Positions 26,725 through 36,770 of a stretch of DNA of 64,000 nt are shown in pieces. Both the position numbers and the translations under genes were made by a program. Location of the stretch: assembly GCA_051941275.1 (NCBI GenBank), contig JAVEBF010000002.1, forward strand, positions 1-64,000, given 5' to 3'. The first letter of the stretch is position 1; each line of letters begins with the position of its first letter. The DNA comes from Dirinaria sp. TL-2023a (taxonomy: Eukaryota). The notes under the pieces were generated by a model, which was not told where the DNA came from, made no database searches, and saw only the letters and a program-made list of their open reading frames with translations.

Positions 26725-28910
26725 GCTCATGGCTGTTTCGTGAACGTCAATATGTGTGGATTCCTCTCTTTATTTGATTTTCGTCTGTCAATCCTAAAAG
26801 CCTTACGTTCGTTGTTACTGGAGCCTTTCTGTACATGTATTTAGACGATCAAAGGGCTAGGTTTCGGTGCCTTACACAGCCATGATGTGTACTTTTACGA
26901 ATGCACGATATAACGATGGACCCAAGGACCAGAATCTACCCAGTGCCAAACTGTCAAGTCGTGATATCACATATGTTGACTTAGGTTTTCATGGAGGTTT
27001 GAAATTAGACCCAAGATAGGACACTACACTTGGAATGACTTTACAGTGGGGGGACATTGGATTGACTCTCAAAGCTTTGTCTACCACGAGCAAATTCCAA
27101 AATCATGAAAAACATTCAGGATCGCATCAAGAGATACTGCTACGATAACGATGAAAAGGAACTTTTAAGATAGAACTATAAGCATCGGTATATTCCATTA
27201 GAGACCTCGTTCGGGATCCGCCGATGCTTAGTATTGACACGGGGAGATACTATTATCCTGGATCATTAGTAGGAGAGATTACGCAAACAATAATTGTGAG
27301 ATAGAATGTAAGATAGTAGTCAGGGAAGAGGAGATAGCCCGAGGCAGTACTTTTTGGGAGTGACGAACTGTGTGGAGTTTTGATATCGATATCATAGATT
27401 GAACGAATGGATGGGAGCAGCTGACACTCTTTAGACTAATGCAAAATTCAGTTCAGGTGATGAGATACACTAAGATCGTTCTTCGAAGCAATCTTGCAGG
27501 TTCCCCCACATAATCAATAATTCTTGCTTGCTTGACTATCATGTGGGGGATTCCCATTAAGGCAACAATCTGCCCTGAGGTTAGAAGATACACGCCAAGG
27601 CGCTACTGATGTCAAGGCTCTACCTTAGACGACGACCATCAGACCTTACCTAAGATCCGAGCGGGGCGGAAGTGCTCTATCCTGACATCGTAGCTCGATA
27701 ACATGAGGATATCCATCAATACCTACACCGCTTCAAGATGCCTTATCTGACGACGACGTCCATGAATTAGCAGCGTGTTCACAAGATGCCTCGCGCTGTT
27801 CCACTTGAATACCCTGTAGTTCCGATTCCAAGCAAATACCAGCTAATCATGAAATTCTATGGAATTCCATACTAATGGTATTGTCGAAGGAGCTGAATAA
27901 GCCTAATATCTGATATGTTCGCATGTCAGAGATTGATCCCGACATCGATTAACAGAATCGCTGACGATCGAGTCCAGAGGAGTGGCATTAAAGAGTCAGG
28001 TCATTGATACAATCCACTACAAGACAGGGCAGTCTTTTTCCCATATTACGTGCTTTCGCTTACCTACTGTATACGAGGAAAGCGAAGGAAGTTTACTAGG
28101 ACCACCGCTCCGGATATTATTCAAGCTTCACGTATCGTAAGGTATTCTCTCATCTGCAACGACTTCAAGAGTCAGGGTCATTCTCCTTGATTTCATAGAT
28201 AGCAATCTACATGGATAGTTTCATAGGAACTTTGTTCTCACAGCCGTGCACAAATTCAGTGTATCGAGGCTTGCAAACAGCTAAGATGACCAAGACGGGA
28301 TCATTGCGCTTCGCCAAGATACCTATGAAATTCTCACCAAAGCAGACTTAGGCATCGCTTCAAGGCATCGAGGATGGGAGATGCTACGTCATACCTTACC
28401 TTATGACTTCTGAGGTGGCCTTGCGAAGGCGCCGGCGATTTGGATCCCCCATAGTGAGCTCAGCCAATATTTGGGATCAAGAAGATAGCGGCGCGGTCTG
28501 TAGTACCTAAGGTACTGCACATGTAGTTGGAGACTGAGTCATCGATCAAAGCAAACTTCAGTGGACTTGATACTCACCGATTGCCGACAACTGGGTTTCT
28601 ATAGACAGGTCAGGTGAGAAGTCTATGGCTTCTTGGTAGTATTGGTTACGGGGTAGAGTGGAGAATGCTCTATCAGGTGACGCAATGCTCTTTCCCTTGC
28701 CTGGCACCATCCCATGGTGAATTCCCTCAGCTTCCATTCCCATTATCAATCCCGATTGGGCTAGCAGGGTGGGGCGCGTAGCAGTCATCGACCCACTTTC
28801 TTTCCAGTTCCTCTCACTTCCTCTCACTTCCACTTCCTTCTTCACCTCCCCTCCCCTCCCTTTCCCAAACCTCTTCTCCCATCAACCTACACCTATCCTC
28901 CTCCACAGAT

Positions 28911-29656
28911 ATGTCGTACACCAACATGCAGCGCCACAACGGCCGATACAACCCGAAAGCTGCCTATAATTTAAATACAACAGCTCGCAAGGTTTTGAGT
29001 AAAGACAAGGCTATGAGATGGATCAAGCGCCCAGATCGCCCCCTAGCACTTCTCACAAACGCGGTCTTTAGAGAAGTCGTTATGCTGAACCCCAGCACCT
29101 GGATAAATCACCCCAGAACACCTTCAGTACTCAGTGCGAGATCGATCCAACATATACGAGACCGACTTAGCCAGATCGTAAGCGTCCTTCGCGTACTTAT
29201 TCGTACGTATCACTAACCTGGCTATCTAGGCCCTAAGGGGCAGAACGTCGCCCGCAGCACCTCAGAATGTTCAAGATGGGCACGTTACTGAGGACCACGA
29301 AACTGGGGAAAGCTCTAGTCAGAACGTAAGCGTCCTTCGTGTGCTTATTCGTACGTATCACTAATCTAGCTATTTAGGCCCTTAGGGGCAGATCTTCAAC
29401 GGCACATGTAAGAATCGTTTGTGTCCTCCTCGTGTTGCACATCATTAATACAATCTTCTAGTTTCAAAATGATGCAAGCCTTCAAGCCCGCGTGGATAGT
29501 AAGTGTCTTCAGTTTTGTTGAATGACAATTTACTAATGTAGTGACTTAGAGTTTTTTAAGGAGCTGGAGCGTAAGGACCTTTCATGTTCTTAGAAGAAGT
29601 ATCACTAATCTAGGTATCCAGTTGAGCTAGAACAGCCGAAACCACATGAAGGCTAA
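28911..29656 (+). CDS. Orphan protein, ~161 aa, 6 exons (intact paralog, copy 1)
   Basis: Exons 28911-29177, 29230-29325, 29378-29407, 29462-29498, 29550-29570 and 29622-29656 sum to 486 nt with an open frame; all introns are GTAAG...YAG. Homologous to 31144-32452. Confidence 0.65.
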
Positions 29657-31143
29657 TGATACATGGGAAATAGCGCATTTATGACGCTTAACATTAGCAT
29701 TTACATAATTAGCTATAGCTGGCTAGAAAAGAACACTGTTGTGCAGTCTTCTACATACACGTCCACGCCGACGAGGAGAATCGTCTGTAGGTGGTGCCGA
29801 CTACCTTACGCAACCGGTGCTACGTGCAGTATGAGGTGTCAATAATTCTCTAAGGGATACAATCCGCTCGGGGATGAATGAGCCACCATGGGTACCCCCT
29901 AAAAATCGCCCCGTCCATAAAGTATTGATGCATGTTCCACTAATACGACGGATAACTGGCTTTACAGCGGTCAATTTTGTATCGAATCGGCACCCAATTC
30001 AACAACAAGTAGAGGAGCAGGCGACAGAAACGGACCCACCACCACCCCCACCACCCCACTTCAAACCACTACATTCATTGGGAGAACGATCAGTGGCCCA
30101 CGTCTTACCGCCAGCTAGGCGTCAAAGACCAACCCATCGGGTAACGATCCAGGCAGCAAGCGTATACCCATGACCCCGGCCTTCGCAACGCCCTGCTGAG
30201 CATTAGGCGGGCATTGAGGGTCATAAAAAATCGTCAGTCAATAAGGTACAGATAACAGAGGAGGCGCATGTAGACGCGTATGTTACAAGGTCCACCACAG
30301 ACACATTTATCTTACTGGGCGAACTCTATGACATGGTATGATGGGTTTGATAGGGTACCTATGGATGTACGGTACGGGCGCTACGAACAGCGTCACCGTT
30401 TTCCTTCCGGGCAGATGTTTTGTGACGGACCTGGGGGAGAGATTCTCAGACCTCCTTTGGGAGCGAGCAAAGCAGTGTAGGACAAACCTTCATGGGAGCA
30501 CGGCGACAAACAGTCTATATCCTATCATAGGAGGGACGATGATGTAACTATTCCTGTTTCTATTATACAGATCAACGCTAACCGCTGCTGCCAGATTCAA
30601 ATGAAATTAATTGCGATGGTATGGGGCGCTTCCAATCGTAGGCTCAGTGAGTAACTAGTATCAAGCGCCTAACAAAGAGGTGTGTCACAGTGGACGGCTT
30701 GTATTTCGTACACGTACAAGGTAAGACTTTGTACCTTAGAAGAGCCCAGCGACGCTGATAGGTAATGACTCACCTTCTCCTGCCGGGTCGAGGTCTTTGA
30801 GCAGGTGGTATATCTTCTAGCCCTTGGTCTACCTTGAAGTGTGGAGTGGAGCATGCTCTATCAGCCGACCCCTCATTCTTTCAAGGCAGCCGGTTCTCCT
30901 TCCCTTGTCTGACATCATCTGGTGGTGAATTACCTCCCTTTCCCCCCATTTGACAATTCCGATTGGGTTAGTTTTTTTGTGGGGCGCGTAGTACCTTCAT
31001 GATTTGTCACCGACTCACTTCCTGCCCACTTCCTCTCACTGCCTCCCACCTTCTCACCTTTTCTCCCTTCTCACTCACGCTCCACATCTTGTCTCAAACA
31101 ACACCCCTCTCCATTGTAGCGTCTACCAAAACAATTCGTGAAA

Positions 31144-32452
31144 ATGCCACGCAACAATGGGTGAACAGGAGACAGCTCAGAAAACAATGTCGATACAACC
31201 GTGCGCAGACGCGGCAACCAAAGCAAAGCTAGAACATGGCAACGACATCACTACTGCCCTGTGGAGCAACTGAGCTCCGCCGTATTTAGGGAGCTGGTGA
31301 TGCTTGACCCAGCCCCGTACATCAACCATCCGCGGACAAGCTTAGGATTCAACGCTCGATCCAGGCAGCATCTGCTCAGTCGAGTGGCGGTAGGTACCTT
31401 GCATATACTTGCTATTCGGTCACTTATTTCTGCCAACAGCCGCCAACAGCCGCTTCAAGCTCTGGTCAAATCGTAAGCATCCTTCGTGTCTGTATGTGTA
31501 CATGTCACTGATCTAGCTACTTAGACTCTATGGAGCAGTACAACTCGGATCAAAACGTAAGCATCCTTCGTGTCTGTATGTGTACGTACCACTGATCTTG
31601 CTACTTAGGCCCTAAGGGGCAGTAAAGCTGAAGAAGGATCTGGGGAAAGCCCTAGCTCTCACCAAATCGTAAGCATCCTTCGTGTCTGTATGTGTACGTA
31701 TCACTGATCTAGCTACTTAGGCCCTATGGGGCAGATCACCTTTACATGGACCTGGGACTGAAAGCACCGCCGAAAACTCCAACTCTGATCAAAACGTAAG
31801 CATCCTTCGTGTCTGTATGTGTACGTATCACTGATTTAGCTACTTAGGCTCTATGGGGCAGTACAACTCTGATCAAAACGTAAGCATCCGTCGCGTGTGG
31901 ATGTGTACGTATCACTGATCTAGCTACTTAGGCTCTATGGAGCAGTACAACTCTAGACGGACCTGGGGAAAGCTCCAAGTCTGATCGAAACGTAAACATC
32001 CTTCGTGTATGTATGTGTACGTATCACTGATCTAGCTACTCAGGCTCTATGGAGCAGTACAACTCTAGACGGACCTGGGGAAAGCTCCAACTCTGATCAA
32101 ATCGTAAGCATTCTTCGTGTCTGTACGTGTACGTATCACTGATCTAGCTACTTAGGCCCTTCGGGGCAGATCTTCAAGATCTCATGTAAGGACCGATAAT
32201 GTCCTCGTTTTGCAAATCGCTAATCTAGTCTTATAGTCGGAGGATCACGACTTTCAAGCGCGGGTCGATCGTAAGTGTTTTGAGTGTTATTGGATGGCAT
32301 TTTACTGATCTAGTAATTTAGGATTTTTTGAGGAGTTAGATCGCGAGTTAGATCAGAAGGAGGCTTTGGAACGTGAGGAGTTGGAACGTAAGGATCTTAT
32401 ATGTCCATGAATGATATATCGCTGATCTAGCTTTTCAGGCTCTGCAGAGTAG
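31144..32452 (+). pseudogene. Paralog of the orphan gene (copy 2) with expanded micro-exon array, an in-frame TGA and two frameshifting exons
   Basis: AVFRELVMLDPAPYINHPRT aligns with copy-1 AVFREVVMLNPSTWINHPRT; shared terminal exons (QARVD, FF.EL). TGA at 31162 aligns with copy-1 CGA. Two 32-nt exons break the frame. Confidence 0.55.
31473..32155 (+). repeat. Tandem array of 7 near-identical 52-nt intron repeats separated by 32-75 nt variable exons
   Basis: Consensus GTAAGCATCCTTCGTGTCTGTATGTGTACGTATCACTGATCTAGCTACTTAG starting at 31473, 31557, 31669, 31796, 31880, 31992 and 32104. Confidence 0.95.
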
Positions 32453-32850
32453 ATATAGACGGAAAATCGATGAGCATGGACGCGGTTGTGGTTACTAGGC
32501 ATTAGCTTTCATGTGAAATATGATTAGGTGCTTTACGCTGTAGCAGTCATAGGCTATTGAACCCGAAGCTCATCTTTCAAAACATGCAAGTATTCTGGAA
32601 TCAAAGGTGCCTGCGATGTGCCTGTTCGCTCTCAGCAATCTCGCACCAAGGCGTAAATGGCGCCATCAACGAATCACGACACAACGACTTGACATCGGAC
32701 ACCCACAGGGCTATTCGACCCGAACAAACCCCCGATCAAGTCGTCAAGTCGTAAAAGTGGTTTTTCCGTGCGTTGGATGAGAAATGCCTTGAGCAGCAAC
32801 AGCTAACATAACACCACCGTGATAGCAGGTTGTGTCCTGGGTAGCTCAGA

Positions 32851-33306
32851 ATGGACGCCTCATTGCTGCCTGCGCTCGAATCCGTCTTTGCCAAAGTTCT
32901 TCCCGGTGGGCTCTCCGAAAGAGTGATTATTCGTCCCTCTCAAAGTCCTAAAGGGAAAGCGGGACTGCTCCTAAGGTTCAAATTTCCTCCGATACGGCAA
33001 GGCAAAAACGCTGGGATATATTGCGTTGCAAGCATGGATTTGAATGGGATTAGGGAGATGGGTATAAAAGATAATGTCTCAGGGGGGGATCGCTCTAGAC
33101 GAAGCTCAACATTGGAGCAAGGTTGGAGCTCACGCTATGCCGCTGAGTATCATTTCAATAGAGCACAGCGCGAGCTGCTTCGTGGGTGGGCTATGAAGTG
33201 GTATTCTAGGAAAAAGCCGGTAGCCTCATTATTGAAAGCTCATGCTGTCCAAGGTAACTACATCCTACGACTTAGCCAGAATCTCACAGCTATTATGGAG
33301 GACTGA
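32851..33306 (+). CDS. Hypothetical ORF (151 aa), no recognisable motif
   Basis: ATG-initiated ORF only; lies in the gene-poor island. Confidence 0.25.
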   Translation: MDASLLPALESVFAKVLPGGLSERVIIRPSQSPKGKAGLLLRFKFPPIRQGKNAGIYCVASMDLNGIREMGIKDNVSGGDRSRRSSTLEQGWSSRYAAEYHFNRAQRELLRGWAMKWYSRKKPVASLLKAHAVQGNYILRLSQNLTAIMED

Positions 33307-34760
33307 TAGACCTATAAAAGCCTTTTCATCGACATCAAATCCCCCAAGACGCCGGACACCCATGAAGAATGCTGTACCTCAATTTTCGATTACACCGTCT
33401 TCCATTGCAGCCCTCAACACGATGGCTATTTATACTGTGGTGGTCCTCCATACTGTGGCTGTCCATACTGGGATTGTCCTCCGGGTCCTCCGCCCGGCCC
33501 TGTACCTGGAGGAGGCACTTGCATAGGGCCGGCGCCTGGATGTTGCGATTGTACGTCTGGCCGCATACTGCAGATCCATATCACATGAGCAATGACCCGT
33601 CTACCGAAGGAAGTGCCTTGAAGCGGATCGTAGGAGGGCTACGCCAACAAAGCTTTGAGCGTGCAGCTGCGATAGGACAAGCTTACCTCAGGTCTTGCAT
33701 AAAGTGGCAGATGCGGCAGGCAACTTCCTAAGACGCATGTGTTAGCCAAGATTCTTCCCGCAAAGGTGCCATGCACCCAGAGAGACCAACCTTATACTTG
33801 TGCGTCGAGAGCGGGATGACTGGCTGTTGGCAGACTGTTAGATCGCAGACCGCCTTTCTCCGAAGGAGGATCGCTGGCGCATACCAAGAAGCAGACAGTG
33901 AACCATGGCCTGCACATTTGGAATTAGCCCACGCGCTTTGAAAGTTGGACCGATAGCACGCCGTAGCCCCATGTCCTCTCTCAGTGGAGCTCACCATCTT
34001 GTAATACATTGCGCGCTCCAATTACCACCTGATGGAGAAGACCATGATGTTAGCGCTGCTTGTGGCCTGGACGTTTAAAGGGCGCGCCCGGAGCACGAAG
34101 GGGTTGCACTGCAAGGCAAGGAATGGTGCTACTTGCAGTTGTGACATTGCGCGGTCCTAAGGATGGCTTCGTCAGCGTTTGGGAAAACATGTTGCATAGA
34201 TCCCCAGGCTATACTAACACGCCTTGATAACCTTCGAGCTGGTTGGTGAATTCTATCGTCACCAAGCAGCTGTCAGCCCCCCAGGTCTTATGTAAGGTTT
34301 TCCAGAAGCTGCATTTTGCGATAGGAGTTTAACTTACCATGCGTACCAAAAGTTATGCAAAATGCCATGACCTTGAATTTAGATGTGCATTTCGGAGACA
34401 GGAGAGCAATGGCAGGCGGTTGTTGGATGAGGCCGCGCGGAACGGTTACTATGCTACGCCACAGTAGGCTGCGCCTGCAGAAATCAGCCTACCATAGGCC
34501 GATGTTATCCCGGTACACGGTTTAGGCGCCACATCCCATCAACCTTAGCATATGTAGGTTTCCTTCAATGTTATTCATGTTGCCTGCAAACATGTTCTTT
34601 GTGTCCTCCTTTTTTAGGTATCACTGATCTAGCTATCTAGACCCTTAGGGCGAGATAACGCCTGAAATGCCTGACGCAAAGGCAGGATGCCACCCGACAC
34701 ATCATCCACTTCTAGTGTTTAGGCCCGGTCCTTCCGGGCACTTGCCCAACGTGTCGACAG

Positions 34761-35449
34761 ATGCTGAGGCCCGACCACCCTGCTCATGCGGAAGCCCCAG
34801 AGCGAGCGAGGCCCCAAGGCGAGACTGAGATATTAGATGCCCCCACGCCAGGCTATGAGCCGTGGATGTCACCATGTTGTACAAATTCTCATTGGTTTCT
34901 CAATGGTCGATGCCTCCATACAAGGATACGAACCGTGCGTGTTGCCAGTACGGCCAGGTTCCCATTGGCATCTGGGTGAGAGGATGGTCCTGCTCAACGC
35001 ACCGCTCGAGCACTGGACGAACCCATTTCTCAGAGAGCGATTGATACGTAGATAGCTAGTGAATGCGGTCGGCGTACAAGGTACCTGACAAGGACAACGC
35101 ACTGGGACCATCGTATGAACCGTGGGTATCACCCTATGGTATAGGCCCTCATTGGCTTCTCGATGGTCGAATGATCCACTTTGACGCACGTCCGGACGAC
35201 TGGACAAACCTCCGGAGGAGGGAACTCTTGATCCGTCGAGAGCGATTTGAGTACGACCGGCGCAAGCAATTTATGAGAAGTTCGACCCACTATGACCGTA
35301 TTCAAGAAGACTTAGATGGATTCAGAGAACGCCGACTGCCTATCCCTCTGCCTCTAGCAGCACAAGAACCGGAGATGCCTGGTTGGGCGCGGACCCTGGT
35401 GAGTTCCACTCTGCTTTTTGGAAAACAAGAGACTGATCTCCATGCGTAG
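34761..35449 (+). pseudogene. Degenerate orphan coding sequence with three internal peptide repeats in different frames
   Basis: GYEPWMSP..SHWFLNGR (34851), GYEPCVLP..SHWHLGERM..WTN..RERLIRR (34924) and SYEPWVSP..PHWLLDGRM..WTN..RELLIRR (35111), separated by a frameshift and a stop. Confidence 0.5.
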
Positions 35450-35991
35450 GCTCCCTTCTAGAAGGCCTGAGAGAATAGCGCACTTTTAGGTCGTGTCCTA
35501 ACCGAGATCAATTGCTAATTTGCACGCCCTTTTTGGGGAGGATATTCAACTGGCTTCTTTGATGGAGTTTGAGCGTTTGCGCCTTTGGAGGCAATATGTA
35601 ATATTACTTCTCCTTATGCACTCCATATGCCCCGGTAAGAAGGAATGCTCTTACTATTACCATCATCTACAGACGTAGCTGCTTGATTCGTATTTGTGAT
35701 CGCTTCAACGATTTGACGAGTAGACCATGGTTGCTCGTTGGTATACTGAGCCATCAATATTTCATTTATTCGTTTTTGTCTATCAGAGTCCCACTGCGGG
35801 TAAACCACCCTTCCCAATCTTCGTTACGTGTCTGCAGGGAAAGAGGGTGAGTTCCAATTTAATACAGAAGAGGTCAGAGTTATGCTTGCAATCGTAGTAA
35901 ATACCGTCATGTTAATGCAGAGTTAGATGCTTCTCTATTTAATATGTGAGCAATAATTATATTTAATTTTAACACAATTTATCAGAACTCA

Positions 35992-36119
35992 GCCTCGGTG
36001 GCGTAGTGGTAAACGCGTCAGTCGGCCGGTGAGGGAAAGGCTAGCCCGGACCCTCAGACAAGAAACGCCCCAAGGGGCAGACACGCCTGAAGACGGAGGT
36101 TCGAATCCTTCCCGAGGTC
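35992..36119 (+). tRNA. tRNA-like gene copy 1 (non-canonical anticodon arm with ~56-nt insert; identity undetermined)
   Basis: Acceptor GCCTCGG/CCGAGGT, D arm GCGT-AGTGGTAA-ACGC, T arm GGAGG-TTCGAAT-CCTTC, followed by an oligo-T terminator. Confidence 0.7.
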
Positions 36120-36328
36120 AAATTCTTTTTTTTTTTTTCTTTTTTTTTTTTTTCAATTTGTACTTCTACCCATCGAAACGTATCTAGAATCAAGATCAGA
36201 TTAATGCTCGCAAATATAGTGAGATAAATCATGTTCACGTAGATCACGATTCGCTGTTGACGCAGTGGTTCTCAATTTGAATGGATGCAATGATTATATA
36301 TAATTTTAAGACGGTTTTTCAGAACCCA

Positions 36329-36456
36329 GCCTCGGTGGCGTAGTGGTAAACGCGTCAGTCGGCCGGTGAGGGAAAGGCTAAACCGGACCCTCAGACCAGA
36401 AACGCCGATAGAGGCAGACACGTCTGAAGACGGAGGTTCGAATCCTCCCCGAGGTC
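36329..36456 (+). tRNA. tRNA-like gene copy 2
   Basis: Same cloverleaf arms, T stem GGAGG/CCTCC, oligo-T downstream; starts 337 bp after copy 1. Confidence 0.7.
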
Positions 36457-36662
36457 AAAGTCTTTTTTTTTTTCCTTCTTTTTTCATTTGTACTACTACC
36501 CATCGAAAAATATCCAGAATCAAGATCAGATTAATGCTCGCAAGTATAATGAGATAAATCATGTTGACGCAGAGCAGGATTGGCTGTTGACGCAGTGGTT
36601 CTCAATTTAATAATATGTGTGCAATGATTATATTCAAAATTAGCCGTGTCTATCATATTCAA

Positions 36663-36770
36663 GCCTCGGTAGCGTAGCGGTGGAACGCATCATTCGGCCG
36701 GGGGAGGGAAAATGGAACGCCCCTAGGGGCAGGTCGTCTGAAGACGGAGGTTCGAATCCTTCCCGGGGCA
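36663..36770 (+). tRNA. tRNA-like gene copy 3 (diverged, shorter insert)
   Basis: Acceptor GCCTCGG/CCGGGGC-A, D stem GCGT/ACGC, T arm as in copy 1, followed by an A-run and then a T-run. Confidence 0.65.

Noticed and set aside
31473..32155. CRISPR array
   Set aside because: Eukaryotic context with no cas genes. The repeats carry donor, branch and acceptor signals, and the spacers are homologous to each other and translate as exons.
36020..36095. Self-cleaving ribozyme (HDV-like GGCCGG start, hammerhead CUGANGA/GAAA, or twister-like) inside the tRNA-like insert
   Set aside because: Motif fragments are present, but I could not build the required stems or core order; CTGAAGA is explained by the anticodon stem plus variable loop.
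35992..36770. Suppressor or selenocysteine tRNA decoding the TGA at 31162
   Set aside because: No UCA triplet at the anticodon position and no long variable arm.
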